Shown: positions 40,101-55,478 of the stretch, one piece after another
How positions within the stretch are numbered: position 1 is the first letter of the stretch
Layout: the number at the start of each line of letters is the position of its first letter
NCBI GenBank assembly: GCA_951406725.2
Contig: OX597838.1
Location: 27,838,001-27,902,000 of the forward strand
DNA length: 64,000 bases
Direction of reading: 5' to 3'
Source of the DNA: Octopus vulgaris
Taxonomy: Eukaryota
Program-made: the position numbers and the translations under genes
Notes under the pieces: model-generated
What the model was told of the DNA's origin: nothing
The model's database searches: none
The model's input: only the letters and a program-made list of their open reading frames with translations

Positions 40101-42317
40101 GTCCTTGTTTGTCCCCTCTATGTTTAGCCCCTTGTGGGCAGTAAAGAAATATATATTGATCCTAGTTCTTATTTTATCAGCCCCAAAACAATGCAAGGTA
40201 AACTTAGCCTCAATGGAATTTGAACTCAGAAGAAATGCCACTAAGCATTTTGTCTAACACACTAATAATTCTGACAGCCCATTCCCTTAATAATAATAGT
40301 AAATATTCTGCTCAACACCACAGATTTGTTTATGTCCCTTTGTAGCTGACGATGTGTGCATCTCGGATCGTTACCTTTTGACCAACAGATTTTAAAAATA
40401 ATTTTCAAACTTCGGACACTGGTAGAACGTGTCATATAAAACATCTTTTACTCTTAGCATTTTAGAGAAAAACTTATATTTACGGAGTAATTTCACGTTA
40501 AAGTAGTCCTATTTTGGTAATTTCAACCAATCCAGGACGTGTATTCAGCTGAATAAAATTACTGCCGTTGTTTGTCAGCAACAACCATCGGTAGTGTATT
40601 TTTCATTTGTCACTGTTATTTATGACAACCCTAGCCCTAAAACCTTAAAGCTAAAACCAGTACAAACACACAAACGATGTCATAAATAACAGTGACAAAC
40701 GAAAAATACACTGCCAATAGTTGTTCTTACTGTAGCAGAATAAACACCACAAATATTTTGTGCAATGCTCAAATGATTCTGCCAATTTTAGAATAATGAT
40801 TTCTTACAGTGGCAGAAGGCCAGAAATTTTATTGCAGGAGCAAAGTCTGTTGAATGAAGTACCAGTAGAGGACTGGCACTTGTATTATTGGCTCCATAAA
40901 GGGGACAAAAGGCAAGTTCAATTTTAACAAGATTTTAAAGACCTACCCACCACATTCATCTTACCTGTCTTGCAAGAAATAGCAGCCAAATCTCCTTCAA
41001 ATCACACCATACCATCTTAATTATTTAGCATTTACACTGGCCAGAGCTGGTCTCCCACACCTACCCTACAATCATCACCGTCATCATTTAACATACTTTC
41101 CGTGATGACATAGATTGGACAGTTTGACAAGAGCTGGGAAACTAGAGGACTGCACCAAGCTCCACTGTCTTCTTTGACATGGTTTTTATGGCTGGATGCC
41201 CTTCCTAATGCCAACCACTTTACAGAGCAGAATGGGTGCCTTTTACGTGACACCAGCACCAGTCAGGTCTGCTTTGGTGGACAATGCCACCCTAAAAATA
41301 AACAGTTGCCTCATCAAAATCTCAAAGTTACAAGATAATGAATAATTAAATCAAAACAATGTGAATAGATAAGCATTTGACAGAATAATCTGAATGATAA
41401 GGAGTTCAGTGTCCATATTATCTGTCATGTATAATGCTTATCTATTCACACTGTTTTGAATTAATCATGCATTATCTTGTAGCTTTGAGATTTCAATCAT
41501 ATGACTGTTTATGTTTTGAATGACATTGTTAGGTAGGTGTGAGAGACCAGATCTGGCTACTTAAATCCTTTAGAATTCAGATATCTCTGTCATGTATAAT
41601 CCTTATTTCTTTGCATTGTTTTGAATTAATCATGCATTATCTTGTAGCTTTGAGATTTCAACGATGGGATTGTATATTTTTACAATGACATTGTTAGATA
41701 GGTGTGAGAGGCCAGATATGGCCAGTTGGATCATAAAACAGGTAGAATATTGTGGGCCGGTTACGGCTGGTTTAAATGTTAAAGGCTTAAAAAACACTAA
41801 CAATAAAAAACAATCCTTACTGTATTGCATCTGGAAACTGGGCATTGGTTACAAGGAATGTTGAGATCTCTTTGTTGTGAAGGAGATCAATAAATTTATT
41901 GATTTCTGGATACATGATTGGTTCTCCGACCAATGATAAAGCGCAGTGCTTCGGTGACATACCTTCGTTGAAACGTTCAGGTAATACACCAGGAACACCT
42001 TGAATAGAGGAAAAAAAGGAAACGTCACAGTGATGACTAAAACAAAGCAAAGAATTAGAACAAACAGGTTTACACACTGAAACACTTTTATAACGACACG
42101 TATGCTCTTAAACGGATTGCTATATACTGAATCCCATCCACTCAGGCACCTTTATAGAACATACAGACATGGCTGTGGGGTTAAGTAAAAAACTTCCTAA
42201 CCATATTGTTTCTGGCTCAAAACTGTGTGGTACCTTAGGTAAGTGTCTTGCACTGTATTCCCAGGCTGACTAATGACCTGTGAGTAAGTTTTATAGATTG
42301 AAACTGAAACTTCCCAT

Positions 42318-42355
<38 letters not shown>

Positions 42356-45300
42356 TAAAAACGGTACGATAACAAAAGAAAGAAAGAGACCTCAATATTA
42401 TGTAAATAGAGGAAATAGCATTTTTCAGATGGCCAAATAACCGAAGAGATGGTGCTGTGGATTTCCACCTCGGCATCCGAAACTCAGAGTTTTATCTTGG
42501 CTATTGAATAATTGTCACATATTATTTTACAGATCATCATCATCATCATCGTTTAACGTCCGTTCTCCATGCTAGCATGGGTTGGACGGTTCCACTGGGG
42601 ATCTGGGAAGCCAGAAGGCTGCACCAGGCTCCAGTCTTATCTGGCAATGTTTCTACAGCTGGATGCCCTTCCTAATGCCAACCACTCCGTGAGTGTAGTG
42701 GGTGCTTTTTATATATATATAAATATACACGCACCTTCACAACAGAACCAGCATATACATATATATATACATGCAACTTACCCTGTATATTACACATCTA
42801 GGCATGTAACTCCTGCAATCAACTGAGATTGGTGAGGGAGCACAATAAGTGGTATGAAGCTGTGAGACCCAAACAACCCAAGCCGACACAAAATAATGGA
42901 TGTACGATGATGATGATGATGATGAGATATAAAAAAGGATGACTTCAATAACTCATCCACCACTCAACTGCTTGGTGTGTGGAGTGTAAGTCGAGTAAGA
43001 CCAATGAGTTTCTCTTACCTCTAAACTGTTTTATCATCTTGGTGTGATTTGCAATGGCCCCTTTGAAAATATATTCGGGATCATCCATTAGCCAGCGCCA
43101 TTCTGTACCGACAGGGTTTGTGTGATGTCTGCAAGAGAACAAAGACAAATAAGAGAATAAAGATGACAAAAGAATCGGACAGGATAGCAACATCAGTAAA
43201 AGAGCCTTTGTGAGCTAATATCAACTTTGTTGTATTCCTTCACAGTTTATACAGAAAGACACACACACACACAGATAGATACATACATATATGGGAAGCA
43301 CTCTGTCGGTTACGACGACGAGGGTTCCGGTTGATCCGAATCAACGGAACAGCCTGCTCGTGAAATTAACGTGTAAGTGTCTGAGCACTCCACAGACACA
43401 TGTACCCTTAACGTAGTTCTCAGGGATATTCAGCGTGACACAGAGAGTGACAAGGCCGGCCCTTTGAAATACAGGTACAACAGAAACAGGAAGTAAGAGT
43501 GAGAGAAAGTTGTGGTGAAAGTGTACAGCAGGGATCACCACCATCCCCTGCCGGAGCCTCGTGGAGCTTTAGGTGTTTTCGCTCAATAAACACTCACAAC
43601 GCCAGGTCTGGGAATCGAAACCGCAATCCTATGACCGCGAGTCCGCTGCCCTAACCACTGGGCCATTGCACCTCCATACATATATATGACAGGCTTCTTT
43701 CAGTTTCCATCTACCAGGCCAACTCACAAGGCTTTGGTTGGCTTGAGGCTATAGTAGTGGGACTGAATTCATTTCTACAGCTGAGTGAACTGGAGCAACG
43801 TGAAATAAAGTGTCTTGCTCAAGAACACAACACACAGCCCGGTCCGGAAATTGAACTCACTACCTCATGATTGTGAGTCCAACGCTCTAACCACTGAGCC
43901 ATGCACCTTCACCACCCTATGAATACTGAGCTTATAAATGGAGCAAACAAAAGTTTCAACTTACCTCCAACAGAAGACACATTTATTGGCACAAGCTAAG
44001 CTGGGAGTGGTCTCCATACACCGGTGGCTCTCGATCCCATAGAATGTGTGTTTATAACAGCCACCACGACCTCGTAGCATCGACTGCAACAATGTAGATT
44101 CAAAGGAGAGATTTAGAAAAGAGGAGGGCAGTGAGAAAGAGAGAAGTGTTGGGATGGGAAATAAAGACATGCATCTCTATTAGATATGCCAGAACCAACA
44201 CAATCATTTTCATGAAATATGACACATATACTACATTTTTGTTTTTAACTCTAACACTTTGTTGATAATATTCTAAGTCAAGGGCCCAGTCCTATAATGA
44301 TTCTACTGAAGAAGAGAAATGTATGACAGTGGAAGGAATTAGTGTTTCCTTACTCATGTTAGAAACTTCCTCATTTCCTTCTAAATGAATGTAAGCAAGG
44401 TTATTATGGTTCTTGTTATATTGTGCATTTCAGGACTGGCTGTCAAATCTTACTGCCAATAATATATGGAATTTCAGTGACCATTCAGGCATTGATGTAG
44501 CAAATAGCCAGCTTATTAAAAAATTATTATTAGCATAGGCGTAGGAGTGGCTGTGTGGTAAGTAGCTTGCTTACGAACCACATGGTTCCGGGTTCAGTCC
44601 CACTGCATGGCACCTTGGGCAAGTGTCTTCTACTATAGCCTCAGGCTGACCAAAGCCTTGTGAGTGGATTTGGTAGATGGAAACTGAAAGAAGCCCATCG
44701 CATATATGTGTATATATATATGTACGTGTGTGTATATGTTTGTGTCTGTGTGTCCTCCCGCCCAACATCTCTTGACAACCGATGCTGGTGTGTTTACTTC
44801 GCTGTAACTTAGTAGTTCGGCAAAAGATACGGATAGAATAAGCACTAGGCTTACAAAGAATAAGTCCTGGGGTCAATTTGCTCAACTAAAGGCAGTGCTC
44901 CAGCATGGCCACAGTCACATGACTGAAACAAGTAAAAGAGCAACAGAAACAGTATTAATACCCTTTCATTACCATATTTCTTTAGAAATACATTGCCTTT
45001 GTTCCAATTCATTTTGAAAAATTGAAGAATTTAGTAAAATAACTTTATCGATATTAAACTAGTATTTTGACAAAACATTTTTAATCTGGACTAGCACGAT
45101 GACCCGGCAACGCTGTGTCATCGTGCTAGTGCATGCATGCACACATACATGCGAGTACTGTCCAAATATCTGACCAATCACATACAGCTAGCTGGCATTC
45201 AATTGGCATATCAAGTTTCGGGCATTTTGATTGGGTTTTGGATAGAAAATTCACAAAAAAGTCACTTCTATTGATGTTTTAATGGCTTTGCGGGGTGACT

Positions 45301-48300
45301 GGGGAAATGTAAAGATGTGCACGACCACCCTTGGACGGTTTTGAATGACCATAGAAAGTGTGAGCCCTCTAACTGAAAAATTGTGGATTTGTATAAAGGA
45401 CACACACACAGACATTTTGCCATTTATATATAGAGAGATAAAACAGGAAGTCTATCATAGAATCAAGGCAGCCTGAGGCAGGGTGCTATCAAAACAGTTA
45501 AGTAACACCAGAGGTAGAAGAACTGTTTTCCTTGATGACATGAGCTGAACATAGACATGTTAAGATACAGAAAAAAAAATTGTTTTTAAATGGTATTCTG
45601 TCAGTTACCACAATGAGGATTCCAGTTCATCTGATCAATGGAACCACCTGCTTATGAGATTAACATGCAAGTGGCTGAGTATTCCACAGACATGTGTACC
45701 TATAACATAATTCTCAGGGAGATTCAGTGCAACTATGTGACAAGGTTGGCCCTTTTGAATTACAGGTACAATTCATTTTTGCCGGCTGAGTGGACTGGAG
45801 CAGCATGAATTATTAAAGTGTCTTGCTCAAGGAAATGATGCACCACCAGGAATTGAACTCATTACCTTGTGATTATGGGCCGAATACCCTAACTATAAAA
45901 CCACATGCCTTCACTATACAGAACTACACACTGCAAAGCTTACACACACTCTCTCTCTCCCTGCCATCTTTACAACAATGATGTCAACAATACATGACTA
46001 ATATAAATACGATCAACCCAGGTTTCATTTCAAAGACATACCTTTGTCCATCGGCACAGTTTCACACCTGAATGTGTCCCAATTAAACTGTAGCCCTGCT
46101 TCTCTAAGGATTTCTTGAAAATCTCTGTAATCATTGGTTTAGGTTCCTCGTTCTTGGTCTGTTTATTTGTTGAAACAATGTAGCCGTTCATCTCTGGCTT
46201 TGCCTGTTGAAGAAAATACATAATATTATTAAAGATGTGTTCAAATGGCATGACTGTGTGGTTAAAACATTCACTTCCCAACCATGTGGCTCTGGGTTCA
46301 GAATACAGTGTGGTGAGCTGGCAGAATCGTTAGCATGCCAGGCAAAATGCTTAGTGGTATTTCATCTGCTGTTACATTCTGTGTTCAAATTCCGTCGAGG
46401 TCGACTTTGCCTTTCATCCTTTCAGGGCTCAATAAATTAAGTACCAGTTACGCACTGGGGTTGATGTAGTCGACCTGATACCTATGTCTGTCCTTGTTTG
46501 TCCCTTCTATGTTTAGCCCCTTGTGGGTAATAAAGAAATAGGTATTTCGTCTGCTGTTACATTCTGTGTTCAAATTCCGCCGAGGTCGACTTTGCTTTTC
46601 ATCCTTTCAGTGGTCAATAAATTAAGTACCAGTTATGCACTGGGGTTGATGTAATCGACTTAATCCCTTTGTCTGTCCTTGTTTGTCCCCTCTATGTCCA
46701 TCGGCACAGCTTTATTGTCCCTTGTGGGCAATAAAGAAATAAGAATACAGTGTGGCAATCTGGGCAAGTGCTTTCTATTATGGCTCCATGCCAGCCAAAG
46801 CCTTATGATTGGATCTGGCTGACAGAAACTGAAAGAATTCCATCATATATATATAATTAAATAAGATTCACGTAAAAAACCTTGTAGTATGCTAGGCAAA
46901 GTTTGTCGAAACAATTGTAGTGATTTTAAATAAAAAAATGTTTATCCCATTTTCTATCATTTATCTCTGGCACGTAAAAAGCACCAACCGATCGTGGTCC
47001 TTGCCAGCCTCCCCTGGCACCTGTGCCGGTGGCATGTAAAAAGCACCCACTACACTCACAGAGTGGTTGGCGTTAGGATGGGCATCCAGCTGTAGAAACA
47101 CTGCCAGATCAGACTGGAGTCTGGTGCAGCCCCCTGGCTTCCCAGACCCTGGTCCAACCCGTTTAACGGACATTAAACGATGATGATGATGACCTACCTA
47201 TCTCTTTCTTATATATATATATATATATATATATATAATCACCATCATTTAATGCCTGTCTTCATTTCTGGCATGGGTTGGACAGTTTGACAGGATCCAC
47301 CAAGTTGGAGCACTGTGTAAAGCACCAAAGTCTACTTCAGCACTTTGTCATGTAGTGGGTGTGTTTTACATGCCATCGCCATGGAAGCCAGTCAGGGAAC
47401 ACTGGCACTGATCATGTTTGCATGGTGCTTTTTATGTACCACCGGTACAGGAGCCAATCTGGAGGCAATGGCATTGACTACGTTTGCATGATGCTTTTTA
47501 TGTGCCACCGAAACGGGGACCCAGTCAGGCGGGACTAGCATCAACCCACACTCAAATGGTGCTTATGTATCACTAGTACAAGTGCCAGTCAGGCAGCACT
47601 GTCCATCATCATCATTGTTTAACGTCCGTTCTCCATGCTAGCATGAGTTGGACGGTTCGACCGGGGATCTGGGAGGCCAGAAGGCTGCACCAGGCTCCAG
47701 TCTGATCTGGCAGTGTTTCTACAGCTGGATGCCCTTCCTAACGCCAACCACTCATTGAGTGTAGCGGGTGCTTTTTACGTGCCACCTGCACAGGTGCCAG
47801 GCGAGGCTGGCAATGGCCACGATCGGTTGGTGCATTTTACGTGCCACCGGCATGGAAGCCAGTCGAGGCAGCACTGGCATCGGTCACGATTCGGATGGTG
47901 CTTTTTACGTGCCACCGGCACGGAAACCAGTCGAGCTGTCCATGACTACAATTTCGATTTCACCTGAAATCGTAGTCATAACACCAACTACCTGTTTAGT
48001 CATTGTGCATTCTCACTCAGATGAATTAATTTGTATCGGGATCTTTTCGGTTTGAATGGCAGTTTTTTCTAGCGGTGTCATATGAAATTGTCACCCATAA
48101 TTATGACCCTAGTATTGATCTATTGCATTTCAATCTGTTTTAGGGTTAGGGGTGGGGGGAAGGGTATCTTTTTTTCTTCAGAAATGTAAATAAACCCAAT
48201 CTGTTTCTTAAACAAGGGACATATTCATACAGCACAGAATGTTTTCACCTCAATAGACGTCATTGATTGGTTGAAATTGCAGAAATTGAAGAAAAAACAA

Positions 48301-51300
48301 CAACAAATATCTTACAAACTATAGAATTTTCTCAATAAAGCCAAGAGAAAAAGATGTTTTATAAACACATTCTACCAGTATACGAAGTTTAAAAGTGTTT
48401 AGTTACGTGGAAATTATTTTAAAAAACTGCCGTTCAAACCGAAAAGATCCTTATATCGTCTGCAATCATCTGTATCTTTACTCACAAACATTCATTTCCT
48501 TATTTGTCTCCTGACAAACACTTACCTTGGTTTTCTTGACATGTTTCATGACTTTGCCGAGATCTTCAAGGTCAACCAATCCGTTAGACTGAGTGACGGG
48601 TAACGACCCTGAGCTTTCTACGTTGTCTGCATCATCTTCCTCCTCTTCGCTTGACGTCTCCATCAGTACCTAATTAAAAAAAAAAAATTTTTTTTAAATT
48701 AAAGAGGTTTGCATTGCAATCATGTGGTTAGGGTTCAGTCCCACTGTGCGGCACCTAGGGCAAGTGCCTTCTACTTTGGCCCCAGGCCCTGACCAATGCC
48801 TTGTGAGTGAATTGGGGAGATAGAAACTATGGAAGTCCCTCAAATTAAATGCTGCACAGTCTTTAAAAAAAATAATAATAAGGACATTGGATTCCACATT
48901 ATGTCATGTCTGGAAACAAACTACAGATTGATCATAGCTAAAACACCCCTGATCATAGTTCTACTCATTCAGATATTACCTAGGGCTAAACAAAAACAGC
49001 AACACATACAATCACAAGCCAACAAGGAAGTCTCTATGAGGTTGTTTGATGTGCTAGAAATAGCAACCAATCTACCTCAAATCACAGATGGCTGTCTTTA
49101 AAAGAGAAAAAAAGAACACACTGAGTAATATAGTCCTAGATATGCTATATCTATATATATAAAACTGTAGTTGTGTGAGTGTCTGTCCCCTTCGATTTAG
49201 ATTCCTAACTACTCCCACATTTTGCGGTGCAGTTTAACCAAATTCGGGTATCTTATAGTCGTGATTCATATCGAGCCCGTCTGAGTATTAGCGTGCGTCT
49301 ACGATGAGTCTACGATTTTAAAAATAATTTAACATCATTTTTTATTCCATTTTAATGCATAATTTTTCGTGTCGATGGCGGCGGAGTTGGCGTCCATGGT
49401 CACACCTGCACCTGTTTGCTTCCCCTTCTTCCCTCCCTCGTGAAGCTGTGGGGAAGGGAGTGTAAGGAAATCAACGTCGTAATGCGTTGTCAAGGAGACC
49501 AGCGTTCTTTTAGAACAACGACTTCATGGCTTGAAGACACCAAAACAGAAATGGCTAAGAAAGCCCGAATTGGCATCTATAAGGGAAGTAACTCTCTAAA
49601 AATGCTTATATAGTTATTTCCCTTAGAAACCCGAGCAACGCCGGGCGATACTGCTAGTCTAATATAAAAAATATACAGGATGTCTTTGATCATCAGACTG
49701 CTCAACTAAAGCAGACCTGGGGTTAAACAAAGTATAATCGGATCAGCATTTGAAAACAATCACCTCCACTATTTTTGTTTGTTGTTAATTTAGTGACATA
49801 ACTAAAGTGTATTTTATTTATTACACACAGTTGTTTAGCCTCAGGTCAGCCCTAAATGGAGCCTATGATCAAAGACGTTCCAACAGTGACCATCCTATCT
49901 TTTCAGACAATTTATCTCAGACTACATTACCTAATATGACTATTTTTTTTAGAGACAACACAGGTATGAGTTGAGATTTGACTGCTATTTCTAGCAGGAT
50001 GAGCAACTATAGTGGCTCCCTCAAGATTTTAACATAATACATACTTTTCACAGAGTCTTCATCTCTTGATGAAAGTTGAAGGGACACTGCTGTGACAAAT
50101 GACAGGATTTGGGCATTTTTAAACCAAGTAGACCCCTACATCTCTCCCTAGATCTAATCACAGTTGATTTCTTCCAGAGAGAGATGAGGAGAGAAAAAGA
50201 AAAAGAGGAAAGAAAGAGACAGGGAGAAGAGAAAGAATCAGCATCTCGAAAGAGTCCAGAAGCTGGCTACCCGCATGGTTCTTGGTCTCAAAAATTTGTC
50301 TTATGAAGAAAGGCTGAGGACGCTCAACCGTTATTCTCTAGAAAAACGCCGCCGCCGTGGTGATCTCATTCTTGCTCACAACATCATAAGCGGAAAGTGT
50401 AACCTCTCGAAAGAGCTGTTCTTCACTCCTGCTCCAGAGCGTCGGCTGCGGGGTCATTCCGAAAAGCTCTACCTGCGACGATTTCATCTCAATCGAAGGA
50501 GAGGAGCTTTCTCCGTCCGGGTTGCGGATCTGTGGAACAAGCTGCCGGACGAGATGGTGAAGATGCCGACGACCGCTTTGTTCAAAGTCTCCCTTGACCT
50601 CAAGTGGCCTGAACTCTTTACATGAACACCACCCTGTACTTAACTCCATGTCCCCCTATATGGCCTTGCTATTTGCTTTTGAGCCAAAAATTAACTAACT
50701 AACTAACTAACTAACTTCAGTAAGATCAAAAGGCAAACCTGACCTCAGCAAGCAGAGAGCCAGTTATGAACATCACAAGGCATTCAATTCCAACCTTCTA
50801 AGGCCTGGGCCAATTCACTGTCACAGTGGGGGTGAATGTAAAAGAGTAGGAATGTGAAAAGAAATAAAAAAAAAGCTAAAATGTCAAATGTGACAAACCT
50901 CTTGGTTTGAAGAATTGTTGTCTTTATCACAGCATTTCTTCTCACACGTCTCTTTACAACATTTATTGGACTCTACTGGCAGAGTGCCACCTTTCAGCAC
51001 TGGAATACTCTTCTTCCAGAACTTCTTATTCCAGGCATTGAAGTCTTCTGTCAGACCTGTAACCAACAACAACAACAAAAAGATTAAGACACCAGTTATA
51101 AACTGGATATGATTTATAAACTCTGATTTATATTAATCATTTAGAATTCAGATTAAATACTTATCCTATTCACACTGTTTTGTTTTGAATAATCACGCAT
51201 TTTCTGATAGCTTCAAGCTTTTGATTATATGATTGTAGAGTTTTAGAATGACATTGTAGGATAGGTGTAAGAAGCCAGATCTGGTTGATTTGGACATTAA

Positions 51301-51906
51301 CGTTTTTGTTACCATATTTCTGTTGAGATGTTCTGTGTTTCTTTCGATTAATTTTAAATATAACAAAGAATTTAATAAAATAACTTCGTTATCATTAAGC
51401 TAGTGTTAGGAACATAAATTGTGACTAAGGTTTGGTGGAAGATTTTAATTCAAAACTTTTGAAAACAAGACATTTGTACTACAGAGCCAACTGGGTTGGT
51501 ATCAAAAGGGTTAAACAAATAGACATTTCGACTGGATATGGCTGGTTTAAATTCTAAAGGGTTAAAGTATAGTGAATGTGTGTGTGTGTGTGTGAGTCCA
51601 TATATCTATACAAGCATGGTCGAGTGGTTAAGAGGTTTATTTCATGACCATGCAGTTCTAGGTTCAATCTTAGTGCACAGCAGCTCAGACAAACGTCTTC
51701 TACAATAAACTTGCCATGGGTTGATAAATGCCTAGTGTGGAACAAGAAAAATGGAAATTGTGCAGAAGCCTTCTGTGTATAATTCATCATTCACTATATA
51801 TCAATAAATATATAGATAACAAGTATATACACTATATATGTACAAGAACATATATATATATAATGCAGTAATCCCTTGACAATTGTGAGTAATTATTGTA
51901 TGTATC

Positions 51907-51963
<57 letters not shown>

Positions 51964-52168
51964 TGAAGAGGTGTACAGATTTTATATATTAAGAAAAAGA
52001 AGGTATTCTGGATTTGGAAAAAAAAAACTATTTATTTAGTGTTTTCATCCCTTTCAGGGAGGGATTCATCATGAATGTGTTTTAATTTTTTATATATACA
52101 AATTTTAATGTTATTTCACTTAGGCATAATGATGCTAATAACCCGGCATTAGAGCTCAATATACATCT

Positions 52169-52207
<39 letters not shown>

Positions 52208-55200
52208 AAACTTGGAGAAGAGAAAACAACACGTGCATTCGGTCATATAACAATATAATAAATAAATAAAACATATGCATGTATATATACATGTAAGTAT
52301 GTACATATATGTATGTATATATGCATATGTTTTATTTATATATATACAGGGTGTCCCAAAAAAATGTATACACACCTTAAATAATTGTAAATTTGTTATT
52401 CTTTGTAAGCCTAGTACTTATTCTATCGTTCTCTTTTGCCGAACCACTATGTGTATACATTTTTTTGGGACACCCTGTATATATATAGATATAGGGAGAG
52501 TTTACGAAAAAGACAAAAGACGAAGACAGGTGGTGTACAAAACAAACAGATGTATTAGTATAATGCTCAGGAATAGAATATATATATATATATATATGAA
52601 TGTATACACATACACGGGTGTGTGCATGTGTGTATAATATAGGGTTTCTGTTAGAGAACTCATCAAGACCAGTCAACATTATGGGGACAAAAACAGTGTC
52701 AGAAAAGAAAGATAAAACTCAACTCACCCCCATGTGAACTCTGTGTAGTGTCCTCATCTCCAATACCCACTGGCAGGATTCGGTTAGCTTCCAACTGGTG
52801 AAGCCAAGCGTCAATGTTTTTGCCAACCTAATAAAACATAAATTAATAACATGTACACACGTGTGTATGTGTGTGAGTGAATGTATATGTATGTGTGTGC
52901 GTATCATCATCATCATTTAGCGTCCGCTTTCCATGCTAGCATGGGTTCGACGGTTCAACTGGGGTCTGGGAAGCCAGGAGGCTGCACCAGGCTCCAGTCT
53001 GATCTGGCAATGTTTCTACAGCTGGATGCCCTTCCTAATGCCAACCACTCCGTGAGTGTAGTGGGTGCTTTTTACATCCCACCGGCACAGGTGCCAGACG
53101 GGGCTGGCAAACGGCCGCAGTCGGATGGTGCTTTTTACGTGCCACGAGGCTGGCAACGGCCACGATCGGATGCACATGCATATGAAAACATATAAAATAA
53201 AAAAAAAAACATTTGGTCAGACAAAGAATTGAATTGATTGAACAATGTTCTAAATCCGAGTTTTGTTCCTGTTAACAGAGTTGGCTGGATCTACCTCAAT
53301 GCCATAGCAACCGCCCTCACACCATCTCGCCCAGTTTTCGGCATCCGCCTTTCTGAAGCCAACCCTCCCAATCTCCTCCTCCACGTTTTCCTCGGTCTAC
53401 CTCGCTTCCGTGGTCCCCTCTCTCTCTTTCGGAGAGGCACAAGCAACTACATGCACATATACATACACGGCAGTAACTTCCACCTACCGAATTCAATCAC
53501 AAAGCTTCGGTCGGCTCGGGGCTATAGGGGAAGACACCTGCCCAAAGTGCCACGCAGTGGGACTGAACCCGAAACCATATAGCTAGGAAGCAAGCTCCCT
53601 AACCACACAGCCATGCCCCTCAAACTCAAGCACCCTCCTCAGAACATGCTCCTCATCCCTCCTCAACACATGCCCATGGAGAAAAGGCATTAGTTTCCAT
53701 TTTGGATGAAAATACAAAAATATGTATGTCTATACACTGAGAGACAGACAGACAGACAAAAAGACATTCACACATTATAATCTGAAAAACAAATCAGGGA
53801 AAAATAAACAGCAGTCTGATCACAATACTCACCACAGAAAAATTTTCCTTGTACTCTGAGTTTCCATGAGAGAATACTGCATATATCATTCCTTCTAGGA
53901 AGTTCTTCTGAACACGGAAATCAACAGCTGTCTCCTTCAGCCATTTATAAAACCAGACAGCGTCATCTGGTGGGGAGCCTTGTACATAGGTGGAGATAAC
54001 TATCACATAGATGCGGTCAGGAGATTTCTGTATATTTGGAAAAAAATAGACACAGAATACAATAGAGATAACAGTGGAAGATTAAAATATACATGGCTTT
54101 ATGTCTGGTTTGGCTGAAATAAGAAGTCTTCGATTTACAGTCCCTAGATTTTAAAACCAGCCAGGTTCAAGAAAGGTTGTGTGATTAAGAAGCCTGCTTT
54201 GCAACCTATGTGGTTTCAGGTTCAATCTCAGTGGGCAACACTTTGGCTTGGTGTTTTTTTCTACCGTAGCTGCAGAGTAGGCAATAGCTTGTGAAAAAAT
54301 CTGGTAAACAGCAACTGTAGGAAGCCTGCTGTGTGTGTGTGTGTGTATAAAGACCTCATTCAGTCATGAATGACCATGGGATTGCACTTAGGAAGTTACC
54401 TCCCGAGGCATAAGTCCGAGCAAAGCTGTTTATGGAAGACCAGTAGTTGCCCATGCATACCGGCTTCCCATCTCCATGACACCGATGTTATCCAAGGGAA
54501 AGGCAAAGACCAGTACTGTTTGGCACTGAGCGAACTGGAGCAACATGAAAATAAAGTGTCTTGCCCAAGAACACAACACACAACCCGGTCTGGGAATCGA
54601 ACTCACTACCTCGTGATTGCAAGCCCAACACTCTAACCACTGAGCCATGTGCCTTCATGGCAGACGTTAAACGATGATGATAATGAGATAAATGTATATT
54701 AAAGCAGAAATGACCGTTAACTAAAGGAAAAGAACTCGAAGGGAAGAAAGTAAAAAAGTAAAAATACTCATAGAATTCGCGTATACACGCATGTATACAT
54801 ACACCTACGTATATGTGCCTATATGCATATGCTTAAGCATATGGATATATATTTCTTTACTGCCCACAAGGGGCTAAACACAGAGGGGGACAAACAAGGA
54901 CAGACAAAGGGATTAAGTCGATTACATCGACCCCAGTGCGTAACTGGTACTTTATTTATCGACCCCGAAAGGATGAAAGGCAAAGTTGACCTCGGCGGAA
55001 TTTGAACTCAGAACGTAGCGGCAGACGAAATACGGCTACGCATTTCACCCGGCGTGCTAACGTTTCTGCCAGCTCACCGCCTATGCATATAGGCACATGT
55101 ACGTGGGTGTGCACATGTGTATGTACGTACATGCACAGATATGTAAATTCCATGAGCATTTTTACTTTTTTACTATCTCCCCTTCGTGTTTTTTCCCTTT

Positions 55201-55428
55201 ATTTAACGGTCATTCTAATAGATCTTTTGTCTTAATAAGTCATTTTCATAGCATTTTTTGATCGTCCTAATAACTGACAAGATGCTGGAGCAGTTTTCTG
55301 CCCCAACATCCAAAACTCAGAGTTTTATTATGGCAACCAAATAATTGCCACATATATATCACAGATAAATTCCTCTATTTACATAATATCGAGGTCTCAT
55401 TCATTCTTTTGTTGCCATACCCTTACTA

Positions 55429-55478
<50 letters not shown>

